From assembly GCA_965223665.1 (NCBI GenBank), contig OZ245011.1, positions 3,008,001-3,072,000 of the forward strand: DNA of 64,000 bases, in the 5' to 3' direction. This document shows positions 10,031 through 19,241 of the stretch, piece after piece (within the stretch, counting starts at the first letter, position 1; each line of letters starts with the position of its first letter). This stretch comes from Nitrospinaceae bacterium (GTDB lineage: Bacteria > Nitrospinota > Nitrospinia > Nitrospinales > Nitrospinaceae). The notes under the pieces are model-generated. The model made no database searches. It was not told the DNA's origin and was given only the letters and a program-made list of their open reading frames with translations. The translations under genes were made by a program, and so were the position numbers.

Positions 10031-11326
10031 TTAGAAGTTCTCAAGTTCTTCATTTTCTTCAGAGAAATTACTTTTGATTGGCAGGTCAATAATGAAAGTT
10101 GCTCCTCTTCCATATTCGCTCTCAACACGAATGGTACCTTGATGTTTTTCAATAATGGTATAGCAAACCGAAAGGCCTAATCCGGTGCCTTTATCCTCAG
10201 GTTTGGTAGTAAAAAAGGGATCGAATAATTTCACCATATCTTCTGGTTTAATTCCCGTCCCAGTATCAGATATTTTAATTCGAATCACCCCAATATGCCC
10301 ATTCTCATCAGTATCTAAATATTCAAAATCACTGACTTCATTCGAATGACTCGAGAAATCCTTATCAATAATTTCGGTGCTAACCGTTAAAGTACCAGCT
10401 TTTTCTTCCATTGCATGACGGGCATTGTTTATTAAATTCAGAAATACCTGACGCATTCGATTTGCATCAATTTTAATTTTCGGAATTTTAGGATCAAATG
10501 CACGAGATATATTAATATTGTCTAAAAGTATATCGTTCTCCATAATTGCTAATACAGATTCTAAATCTTCATTCACATTAGAAAATTTCAATTCCATGTC
10601 TTCTTTTCTAGAAAACTTAAGCAATCCGCCAACAATTTTCTCGATGCGTCCTATTTCTTCCATAATAGAATTCATATCTTCATTGAGCCCTGAATCTTCT
10701 CCTCTTTCAAGCATCAATGCTTGAACGTGCCCTGAAATAATATTTAACGGGTTAAGAATTTCATGACACACTCCTGCGGCTAATCGACCAATACTCGCCA
10801 GCTTTTCAGATCGTAAGACCAGATCTTGAGCTTCATGCAACTCCACCATGGAATTTTGTAATTTTTCATTCGCAGCTTTTATATTTTCATTTGATTCTTT
10901 AAGTTGGTCTTCTGCTGTTTTCCGCAATTCCTCTTCTTTATGAAGTTGCATTGCGAAACGAATAGATTGAAAAAGAGATTCAGACGTCAGGTTACTTTTG
11001 GTGCGATAATCAGTGGCGCCACATTTCATCGCCTCAACAGCAATTTCATGATTCCCGTGACCAGTGAGAAAAATAATGGGTATTGTTATTCCCTGCTGGC
11101 GGACACTTCGAAGTAATTCAATTCCATTTGTTTCACCCAGTCTATAATCAAACATGCACAAGTCGTACTTTTCTCGTTCTAGAAGTTCTAAAGTGGATTT
11201 GGGATTTAGGATGTGTTTGATTTTAGGTCGTGGTTCAAAATCTCCTTCGACCATTAAATCTTTAATAAAAAACGCATCATCTTCATCATCTTCGACTAAT
11301 AAAATTTTTAATGATTCTTTATTCAT
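10031..11326 (-). CDS. Hybrid sensor kinase (REC-coiled coil-HisKA-HATPase)
   Basis: ILLVEDD...FDYRLG receiver; HEILNPL H-box; QVFLNLINNA, DTGTGI, FFTTK, GTGLGL boxes. Confidence 0.92.
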   Translation of the reverse strand: MNKESLKILLVEDDEDDAFFIKDLMVEGDFEPRPKIKHILNPKSTLELLEREKYDLCMFDYRLGETNGIELLRSVRQQGITIPIIFLTGHGNHEIAVEAMKCGATDYRTKSNLTSESLFQSIRFAMQLHKEEELRKTAEDQLKESNENIKAANEKLQNSMVELHEAQDLVLRSEKLASIGRLAAGVCHEILNPLNIISGHVQALMLERGEDSGLNEDMNSIMEEIGRIEKIVGGLLKFSRKEDMELKFSNVNEDLESVLAIMENDILLDNINISRAFDPKIPKIKIDANRMRQVFLNLINNARHAMEEKAGTLTVSTEIIDKDFSSHSNEVSDFEYLDTDENGHIGVIRIKISDTGTGIKPEDMVKLFDPFFTTKPEDKGTGLGLSVCYTIIEKHQGTIRVESEYGRGATFIIDLPIKSNFSEENEELENF

Positions 11327-11601
11327 TACCTATTGATGATTTATTGATCAATGAAAAAATTGATTAACCCCAAAACTAAAGTAAAGAGATCAATATGCTC
11401 TTTTCACCAAGTCTTTTTTAAATTGGAGTAAAAGGGTTTTATATCAAATATGCAAAACAATGAAATTCAATCTATTGGAATCCCTATAAATAGTATAAGG
11501 GAATTAAAGAAGGACTAATAGAATATATTGTAAAATGGCGAATTGTGGAAATGAGATTTGAAGAAAGCTCGAAAAAGTGTTGATTTTTAGTACTTTATAA
11601 A

Positions 11602-12168
11602 TCAGGGTTTTCTTTTATGGAGATAGCAATTTTCCGTGTGGTCGTCAACTAAACCCGCAGCCTGCATGAAAGCGTAACAGATGGTACTTCCGACAAATTT
11701 AAACCCATTTTTCTTTAAGTCCTTACTTAAACAATCACTGTCTTTTGTGGTGGCTGGTAAATCTGTAAGTTTTTTAAACTTGTTTTTAATCGGTTTACCA
11801 CCAACAAATGACCAAACATATTGACTAAAAGTTTTGTAATCTTTTTTTATTTTTAGAAATGATTGCGCGTTTTGTCGAACTGAAAAAACTTTAAGTCGAT
11901 TACGAATTATCCCTGGGTCTTTTAAAATTTTTTCAAGTTGTTTGTCAGTTAATTTTGAAAGTTTTACTGGATCAAAATTGTAGAATGCTTTTCGATAGTT
12001 TTCTCGACGTTTCAAAATTGTTTCCCAGGATAATCCCGCCTGAGCCCCTTCCAGGCAAAGCAGCTCGAAAAGTTTTTGGTCATCCTTTAAAGGTCTTCCC
12101 CATTCTTTATCATGGTATTCCACGTACCAGGGTTTATCTAAATTCACCCATTCGCACCGCTTTTTCAC
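11602..12168 (-). CDS. tag: DNA-3-methyladenine glycosylase I
   Basis: YHDKEWG, LEGAQAGLSW, IIRNRLK, FKFVGSTICYAFMQAAGLVDDH. Confidence 0.95.
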   Translation of the reverse strand: MKKRCEWVNLDKPWYVEYHDKEWGRPLKDDQKLFELLCLEGAQAGLSWETILKRRENYRKAFYNFDPVKLSKLTDKQLEKILKDPGIIRNRLKVFSVRQNAQSFLKIKKDYKTFSQYVWSFVGGKPIKNKFKKLTDLPATTKDSDCLSKDLKKNGFKFVGSTICYAFMQAAGLVDDHTENCYLHKRKP

Positions 12169-12241
12169 TTGATCCTCAAAAAATTTAGTTATTAAAAAAG
12201 ATAGGCTTCAATAAAACATACTACCAATTAATTTCATAGTA

Positions 12242-12931
12242 TCAGCAGCACCCAAAGTCGGAAGATTCTTCCTTAAGACATTTGATTTTTTCGTAGGTAA
12301 AAGCACCAAGAGCAGCACCTAATATAGTAAATACCAAATAAATCCAGATTTGATGGACATTTCCAGAAATAATAGCGGGTCCTAATGATCTTGCGGGGTT
12401 CATAGAGGCTCCAGTTAAAGGGCCTCCAATAAAAGCGCACAAGGTGACTGTGGATCCTATTGCAATTCCTGCAAATTCACCTATAGCTCGTGTATCGGTG
12501 GCGACGCTAATGATGACAAACATTAAAACAAAACTTAAAATAATTTCTAATCCTGATCCAATTGCCAGAGAAGACTGAACCTGGGTCACTCCAAAACTAT
12601 GGGCCTTACCCCAAATAATCCAATGAATACAGGAAGCGCTCAAAGCCCCAAGTAACTGTCCGCTTATGTAACCGAAAACACGATTCAAAGGAAATTTACG
12701 GGTTAAAGAAAAAGCCACAGTGACTGCGGGGTTGAAATGGGCACCAGAAATATGACCCACCGAATAAATCATAATAGAAATAGTTCCCCCAAAAATTATG
12801 GGAACCATAAAGTTGGGCAGGGCTTGCGGTTGTAACTCACTTAAAATAATCGCTCCACACCCAAAAAATACGAGAAAAAAGGTTCCAATGAATTCTGCAA
12901 TGTACTGAGAAAGTTCGTGATGAGGTTTCAT
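12242..12931 (-). CDS. MIP-family channel, NIP/AqpN-like
   Basis: SGAHFNPAVT and GASMNPARS motifs; VATDTRAIGEFAG segment as in plant NIPs; ends in CC. Confidence 0.9.
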   Translation of the reverse strand: MKPHHELSQYIAEFIGTFFLVFFGCGAIILSELQPQALPNFMVPIIFGGTISIMIYSVGHISGAHFNPAVTVAFSLTRKFPLNRVFGYISGQLLGALSASCIHWIIWGKAHSFGVTQVQSSLAIGSGLEIILSFVLMFVIISVATDTRAIGEFAGIAIGSTVTLCAFIGGPLTGASMNPARSLGPAIISGNVHQIWIYLVFTILGAALGAFTYEKIKCLKEESSDFGCC

Positions 12932-13166
12932 ATTTCTAACCCAAAAAAATATTTAATAGTTACATGAGTTCCTTAGATAAGAACCAGTAATCTTCCTACG
13001 GATTTTAAGAAGCATATCAGGTTTAATAATAGGAATAAACCGCTTCTACTCCAGAATAAAAAGTATCAAAAAAAAGTGTTGAAAATCTGGGTCTAGTGAA
13101 AAGAAGTCATTGATTTTTTAAGTTAAAACCGGTTTAATAGAAATTTCCCTAATCTTCAAATAATAA

Positions 13167-13243
<77 letters not shown>

Positions 13244-13286
13244 AAAATCAATGGGTTATGAATTTAGGCTAACTTCAAAACTATCT

Positions 13287-13306
13287 TGGGTAGCGATATG
13301 GGTAGC
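13287..13306 (+). promoter_or_regulatory. Putative integrase arm-type sites, left end
   Basis: TGGGTAGC twice with a 12-bp period (13287, 13299); the same motif and period occur at the right end. Confidence 0.65.
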
Positions 13307-13607
13307 GTTTTTATTTATAGAGTTAATTTAGATAATACTAGATTTCCCTAGTTCTATTCTCACTATTCCCTCACTTACCTTAATTCAAAAAATATAGAAA
13401 AAATAGGAAGGGTGTAGGGTAGCTGCTTAAAATTCACACTAGTTGAATGATCTGAGGCAGGGGCAAGTTTACAGAAACTGAACTTTAAATATGGGCTAAA
13501 CTTCGGGGTTTGGTTAGCAGCAAGACTTGAGAAGTTGGAGGTAAGCTCTGAAACACCAGCTTGGTTCTGCCCACAATATTATTGGCAAGTCCTTTGGAGA
13601 ACCAGAC

Positions 13608-14174
13608 ATGATTTGGATACTTAGAGCTACCTACTTCTTATGCCCGATCTTAGCGATCGGATCGGTGATTTGGTTTTTCGTTAGTGATGTTGGTATCTGG
13701 GCCTTAATGCTATTCTTCTTTTTTGGATTCCTCGGAATGTTTGCGGGCGGTGCGACGAAGCAGATAGAAGATCAAAAACGCAAGACATTTACTTTCCACC
13801 CCGATGATCCACTCAGTATTTCACGCGCCGCCTTTTACGAGATCGAAGCCAAGGATGATGTTCCAGGTTTTTCACTTATAAAAGAGGATGTCTTGTCAAT
13901 GCTAAATGATCGGGAAAAGACGACAGCCTCGATAGTTGATGACAAGCTTGATCCAAAAGGACTTATATATCTACTCATTTCAAATGTGGCATACGCCAAT
14001 ATCTGCTCTGGACAGTACCATATTTATCGCGGTACTCTCAGTGCAAACGGAAAGCAACTTATGGCAGGGTTCAAGGTCGCCTCCCGCCAGATGGTGGCCC
14101 ACGGTATCCATGATCAAGCGGCGCACGAACAGGAGATGGCGAGCCTAAAGAAAGAGATTGCCGCTATAGGTTGA
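13608..14174 (+). CDS. Hypothetical membrane protein (two N-terminal hydrophobic segments)
   Basis: GGAG RBS, 188-aa ORF, visibly GC-richer than its flanks; followed by an attC-like stub. Confidence 0.75.
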   Translation: MIWILRATYFLCPILAIGSVIWFFVSDVGIWALMLFFFFGFLGMFAGGATKQIEDQKRKTFTFHPDDPLSISRAAFYEIEAKDDVPGFSLIKEDVLSMLNDREKTTASIVDDKLDPKGLIYLLISNVAYANICSGQYHIYRGTLSANGKQLMAGFKVASRQMVAHGIHDQAAHEQEMASLKKEIAAIG

Positions 14175-14296
14175 ATATGTTGCGCATAACCCACCCATCA
14201 AGTGGCACCCAAAAACTCTATTTTGCTACCTGACCCGACCCTCTGGAATTAGTCTTTCTGTTAAACAAAGAGAAACCTAAAAAACATTTTAGAATT

Positions 14297-14620
14297 TTAT
14301 ATTTTGGTTAATTTCAAATTCCCTATTGACTGAACCATCCGATTCAATTCCCGCCTTACCCTCATGGATTCTTTTCTTTGTTGAATAACTTCTGCAGATC
14401 GGTTCCCGTGTTTCCAGTTAGCTTTCCGACTTCGCTCTAAACCTGCCAATGTGCGGGGTCCTGTGCTCTTGCCCCCATGCAATCGACAGCGTCCATTTTT
14501 CATTGCGGGACTTTGGCAAGGAGTTTGTTTTCTGGTTTTGGCACCACAGCGAGGAGTTTGATTAGCATAGTTTAAACCTATCTTCCAAATGGGCTGATGG
14601 GGTTCATTGACGTTTCTCAT
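14297..14620 (-). CDS. HGGxSTG domain protein
   Basis: RCGAKTR...CQSPAMKNGRCRLHGGKSTGPRT...ANWKHG. Confidence 0.9.
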   Translation of the reverse strand: MRNVNEPHQPIWKIGLNYANQTPRCGAKTRKQTPCQSPAMKNGRCRLHGGKSTGPRTLAGLERSRKANWKHGNRSAEVIQQRKESMRVRRELNRMVQSIGNLKLTKI

Positions 14621-15315
14621 GATTCCCCCCTGGTATCTAAGGCCCCGGTGACTACCGCTTGGCCTCCATCTTTAACATTGATATGCTGCACCGTGATAGT
14701 CTGGTTCCCTCCAGTTCGAAGTTTATGGAGAGCCATTAAACCTTTCTGAAAACTATCCATCATTCGGGCAGAAGCATTGGATGCTCGTATAGACTCTAAT
14801 GAATAATATTCCTTACTATGGAGGGTGATTGCATTATCACTTTCACTCAAATTTTTAAGTGAACGACTGGCAAAAGTCATTGCCAGTTTATGAGCTGCTC
14901 CTAATTGGTGAGCCAACATTTTTTCCAACGAGTTCTTCGCTTGGATAGTTTCAGCCGCATCGAGAGCGAGTCCGGTGCAGTCTGCATCGAATATTAATTG
15001 CAGTCGTTCTTGACTCGCTTCGGCAGTGACATTATCAGGTTTATCAACAGTATTTACTAAAGCGGGTATTTCCTCAGCTCTTTCTTTGGAAAGAGATAAT
15101 TCACCTCCACAACCCACGGTGGGATGTTCATTCTCTGGAATCTTTATGGCTTCCTGAACCTGTTCTTCTAACTCATCAGCATCCAAACGCATAAAGCTTG
15201 CTCCCAAAGTATCTACACAAGGAGGAGATTCCAGTTCATTAGCCGTAGCTCTCAGGTTTTTTACTTCAACTTTATCTCGTAATGCTTTTTTTAATTTATC
15301 TTTAGGCTTTGACAT
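14617..15315 (-). CDS. Conserved hypothetical protein of the type often paired with HGGxSTG genes in integrative elements
   Basis: LEKMLAHQL...LHKLRTGGNQTITVQHINVKDGGQAVV; ATGA overlap with the HGGxSTG gene. Confidence 0.75.
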   Translation of the reverse strand: MSKPKDKLKKALRDKVEVKNLRATANELESPPCVDTLGASFMRLDADELEEQVQEAIKIPENEHPTVGCGGELSLSKERAEEIPALVNTVDKPDNVTAEASQERLQLIFDADCTGLALDAAETIQAKNSLEKMLAHQLGAAHKLAMTFASRSLKNLSESDNAITLHSKEYYSLESIRASNASARMMDSFQKGLMALHKLRTGGNQTITVQHINVKDGGQAVVTGALDTRGES

Positions 15316-15349
15316 AATTCATCCAAATAAAATTAGAATTATATGCTTA

Positions 15350-15649
15350 TTAATTTTTCCAATGTTTTTGCAGTTCTTCTCTAATAGCCTTAATTTTCAT
15401 GCTACCTGGTTTCCACCAATGGTACTTTTGATTGCAATCAAAAGGAATTACTAAACTTTTTTGTTCATTGAGATAAGGCTTGGGTGTTGATTTCTTAATT
15501 ATTTGAATTAATTGAGGCTTAAAACACTTTATTTGTTCAATTAAATCTTCCTCAATTGGTTGATTGCCTGCGCACTTTAATTGGTTTCCTTCAACGCTTA
15601 ACTCAAAACCTTTTTTTTGTATTTCTTTCAAAAATTGCTGAGGGGTCAT
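15350..15649 (-). CDS. Small protein with a TubC_N-like N-terminus
   Basis: LKEIQKKGFELSVEGNQLKC...IKCFKPQLI; ATGA-coupled to the primase stop. Confidence 0.6.
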   Translation of the reverse strand: MTPQQFLKEIQKKGFELSVEGNQLKCAGNQPIEEDLIEQIKCFKPQLIQIIKKSTPKPYLNEQKSLVIPFDCNQKYHWWKPGSMKIKAIREELQKHWKN

Positions 15650-18081
15650 ATCCTTACCTCATGTATAGGAGAATCTGGATTCCTTTTAGATTTATTAGGG
15701 GAAACGCCGTCATCGCCGTCAGGGCCGAACAATTCTTTATTTTTAAAGGTTTTATTTTTTGTCGGTGTCTTGTCGACGTTGGCCTGGGTCGACAAATCGC
15801 CGTCAAGAGCGGACTCTTTATTTGTCAAGGAGTTATCCTCCTTTATAGTGGCTCTGTCGGCCTGATCGGCCTTTTCCGGAACTTTTCTAAATGTGACAAT
15901 TTTTCGACCGGTGCCTGTTTCTCGTTGATCAAAATCGACTTCGATTCCGATTTCAAGCAGGGTAGGAGCCAACCTTCTGATTCGGTTCGAAAGTACGCTT
16001 GGAGATTTAGGCCATTGTCTGGTTCCACCAACTCTGGGGTCTATCTGTTTACCGAGCTCAGAAAGCAAATCTGAAAAACTGCCTTCCCATTTACCCAGCA
16101 TGGCCATCAATTCAATGATGGACTGGGCCAAGACATCTGTTTCCAGATTGTTTTCAATCGCTAAGGCAAGGTTATTCTCATATTCTTTTTGAAATGATCC
16201 GGACTCCCAACCTAGAGAGGATTCAGCGGCCGTCACCCACTTGGTAAAATCCGCCATGCGAGGATATGAATCCAAGGTTATAATTTCATTGACCTTATGG
16301 GCATGGCAAACTGCATCCAAAAGCGCTCCTAAAATTCTGGAACGGGCTTTTTCAAAATCCTTTAATAAAGTTTGTTCGTCTTTCCTTTTTTCTTTTGGGA
16401 TTCTTGGCAGGAATAAAATTAAAGATCTTACTCTAAGATCATCCCGTTTGCAGATGTCATCAATTCCATTCAGAATCAAAGGACGCTGAGATTCAAAGAT
16501 GATCTCTTCGGAATCTGTGTAAAGTTCTCGAGTACCAAGCCCTCCCCCCGTCGACAATCTGCAGAATGCATCCGATAGCCATGGGGAAAGGCCACTCAAG
16601 TTGTCAAAGGCTAATATCCAGGAGTTTTTGGCGCTGATCATCAAGTCTCGACATTCTTTCGGTGTACTTCTCAATGTCGATATTGAAGGATCGACTACAG
16701 AACGGATGATGCGACTGAAGGTAGACTTGGCAGAACCATGTTCGCCTTGAATGACTAATATAGGAAAAGGGCCTTTGGATTTTAAAGCTGCGATCAAATA
16801 ACCCACGACCAATTTTTTCTGGTCCTCACGAATATTAATGAATTGAAACAATTCATCAACCTTACCTCCAGATACTGGATGAGGAATGGGGTTCATTCCC
16901 CTCGCCCGGACAAATTTAACCGGAGATTGGGAAATAACTTTCCAACTTGTGCCAGTGATTTCTACGACTTCCCATTTGTTATTGCACAGATCTAGGTAGA
17001 TGTTTCCATTCGCTTCGCCTATTCGTGTATAAACTGGAATGGTTTTGCCCTCAAATCTAGCTCTACCTTCCAAAATTCCCAAGGCGTCACTTAGAGCTTG
17101 GTTGCCTGGGGGCTTATTGAACTGAGAGAAAAACTTATGACCTAGCCATAATTTGAAACCCTTCGATCGTACTTGACAAGTTTCATTATGGTCCTCTACC
17201 AAATAAGTCACATAGGCCGTCCCATCAGGATTGTGAAAAAATTCGCAACTTGAGGCTAGTTCAATCAACGACTGTGCCTGGGTGGGTTTTTCATCCCCAG
17301 ATAACTCAGAAAAAGAGTCAATAGAGGTGGTGGCGTCCGAATCGGGAATATTTTCTTCACCAAAATACTCTTCATAATTTCCTTGGTATATCGGAGCAGC
17401 ATCGACTAACTTCTTTAATTCTTCAATTGAATTTTCCTCAAGGTAATCAGAAACGTCATAGCCTGATTTGCAATCCTTAAATCGAATGATTTTGATGGAC
17501 TGAACAAAATTAAAAAGATGTTTCGAAACCAATTTGCCATGAGCCCGACCTTTTTCATCATTGTCTTCAATAATCACTACTTCCCGATCTTTAAAGTAGG
17601 GATTGTATTCAGATTTCCATTTTGCTTCGCCATCATAATTTGTGGTTGCGGTAAGTTTGTATTTTAATAAGGTATCGACATCCTTTTCACCTCCCACCAA
17701 ATAAACGGTTCCGGTACTATTTATTAACTCTGGAAGTCGGTAAAGGACCCGTTTTGTGTTGCCAAGTTTCCAAGTCCAGCCTCCTGATCGTTTTGGTTTT
17801 CTAAGTCGAAATTCTTTGGAAGGGTATCTTACCTTTTGAAAAAGGAGATTCCCGGTTTCATCCTGATAAGGGTATTCTTTGATTATGGATTCTGAATTTC
17901 CATCTTCTAGTCTGCCCTTCCAACCACAGTGGTGACAAACCCATACCCGTTTATCTAAATTGACGGACAGGCATGGTGCCGTCTTCTTTTTACGTGTATG
18001 AGAACATTTTGGGCATAATGCGCTTACTTCTCCTGCTTGTTTCTCATCAATCTTAATTCCAAAGTCAGCAAAGGTTAACAT
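15646..18081 (-). CDS. Zn-finger/TOPRIM primase fused to a P-loop ATPase/helicase (satellite replication protein)
   Basis: CPKC...CHHC Zn ribbon, TOPRIM VGGEKD and EDND, Walker A-like GEHGSAKST, FDNLS. The start is placed at 18081 because of an AGGAG RBS; the ORF track starts it at 18114. Confidence 0.85.
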   Translation of the reverse strand: MLTFADFGIKIDEKQAGEVSALCPKCSHTRKKKTAPCLSVNLDKRVWVCHHCGWKGRLEDGNSESIIKEYPYQDETGNLLFQKVRYPSKEFRLRKPKRSGGWTWKLGNTKRVLYRLPELINSTGTVYLVGGEKDVDTLLKYKLTATTNYDGEAKWKSEYNPYFKDREVVIIEDNDEKGRAHGKLVSKHLFNFVQSIKIIRFKDCKSGYDVSDYLEENSIEELKKLVDAAPIYQGNYEEYFGEENIPDSDATTSIDSFSELSGDEKPTQAQSLIELASSCEFFHNPDGTAYVTYLVEDHNETCQVRSKGFKLWLGHKFFSQFNKPPGNQALSDALGILEGRARFEGKTIPVYTRIGEANGNIYLDLCNNKWEVVEITGTSWKVISQSPVKFVRARGMNPIPHPVSGGKVDELFQFINIREDQKKLVVGYLIAALKSKGPFPILVIQGEHGSAKSTFSRIIRSVVDPSISTLRSTPKECRDLMISAKNSWILAFDNLSGLSPWLSDAFCRLSTGGGLGTRELYTDSEEIIFESQRPLILNGIDDICKRDDLRVRSLILFLPRIPKEKRKDEQTLLKDFEKARSRILGALLDAVCHAHKVNEIITLDSYPRMADFTKWVTAAESSLGWESGSFQKEYENNLALAIENNLETDVLAQSIIELMAMLGKWEGSFSDLLSELGKQIDPRVGGTRQWPKSPSVLSNRIRRLAPTLLEIGIEVDFDQRETGTGRKIVTFRKVPEKADQADRATIKEDNSLTNKESALDGDLSTQANVDKTPTKNKTFKNKELFGPDGDDGVSPNKSKRNPDSPIHEVRI

Positions 18082-18212
18082 TATGACCATCTCCTTTCTT
18101 CCCACCAAAGCCAAATACTGAGGATTAGGAGTATGGCTTGAGGCACAATTTCGTTGAAAAGCAACCGAGAAACTATGACATCGTAACTTAATTTTATTTG
18201 CCTAATTGTCAT
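18081..18212 (-). CDS. 43-aa small hydrophobic protein missing from the ORF track
   Basis: MTIRQIKLSYDVIVSRLLFNEIVPQAILLILSIWLWWEERRWS; overlaps the alpA stop (TGATG) and the primase start (TAATG). Confidence 0.55.
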   Translation of the reverse strand: MTIRQIKLSYDVIVSRLLFNEIVPQAILLILSIWLWWEERRWS

Positions 18213-18445
18213 CATGAGGTTATTCCTCCTTCTTCACCTAAAGTTCCCAAATTTCGTGAAGATCCACCCACCCCGCGAGGTCTTGATTCGATCCAGGCTT
18301 CAACTTCATTTAAATTCCAGCCCACACGATTTGAACTTAGTTGAATACTGAGAGGGAAATTCCCTGCCTTCATCAATCTCCAAATGGTGGACATGGACAG
18401 CCCAGTCATCTCAATAACTGTTTTCCTGGGGATGATTTTTTTCAT
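18212..18445 (-). CDS. alpA: AlpA-family regulator/excisionase
   Basis: IIPRKTVIEMTGLSMSTIWRLMKAGNFPLSIQLSSNRVGWNLNEVEAWI. Confidence 0.9.
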   Translation of the reverse strand: MKKIIPRKTVIEMTGLSMSTIWRLMKAGNFPLSIQLSSNRVGWNLNEVEAWIESRPRGVGGSSRNLGTLGEEGGITS

Positions 18446-18474
18446 TTTTCCCTTTTCAAAATTTGTTTTAGTCA

Positions 18475-18523
18475 AAAAAAAACGCTTCAAGGCATCGAGA
18501 AGCGTCTCAATGCCTTGAAGCGT
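18475..18523 (-). terminator. Terminator-like hairpin in the leader of the alpA-primase operon
   Basis: ACGCTTCAAGGCATCGAGA-agcg-TCTCAATGCCTTGAAGCGT, followed on the minus strand by a T-run, about 30 bp before the alpA ATG. Confidence 0.65.
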
Positions 18524-19207
18524 CCGGTTCGCACTCCAAGCGTGGTCTGGTTTAGGCGGAAACTAATTCAGTTAATGAAATAGTACAGACCAAATATTGT
18601 GCGTAGCCGCATGGTTTTTCCGACCATTAAATACTTAGTTCCAAAAATGCTTGGTTCCAAAGGTACATGCGACCACTATAAATTTAGGAGAGTTTAATAA
18701 TTATCCTCTCACTAACATAATATAAATTTTCTAATTAAAAGCCAAATATTTTTTTATTCTTTGGACCCTAACAATTGAATCCTTTTAATGAAAGCCCTTG
18801 ATAAAAAAATCTATTCTTTTTATTGATTAATCTAAACCTTAAATTTCAATGGTTTAATAAGGTTTTTATTTTAATCAACTGACTGGAGTAAATATTTTTC
18901 TAAAGGAAATTAAATAGACCATTGAGGCAATATTTGATAACACAAATTAGTTGAATCTGAAGAGATAGAAATGTTTTAGTGAAAAACTAGAATTAAATTA
19001 TTAGTAAGAAACAAAAACAAAGTTTACCATTATTCTTTCTCAAACCTTGGCCATTTGGAAATAGAACCTTTTCACAATTTCTTTACATGATAGATATTTT
19101 GTATTAAAAGAAAAGCATTCATTGCCTAGTTTGGCCATCAAGCTTAGAAGAGGAAGAGATAGCCCTGATAGACTATATCAGATATCAAACGACCGGTTGA
19201 AATGACT

Positions 19208-19223
19208 ACCCATAGCGGACATT
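19208..19223. repeat. Cassette-boundary palindrome, copy R0 (half site)
   Basis: ACCCATAGCGGACATT, 18 bp before the helicase ATG. Confidence 0.7.
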
Positions 19224-19241
19224 CGCATATAGAGTAAAAAT

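Noticed and set aside
13455-13525. c-di-GMP-I riboswitch-like GGGCAA...GAAA sequence
   Set aside because: The conserved downstream GACGCAAAGC-type segment and second stem are not evident.
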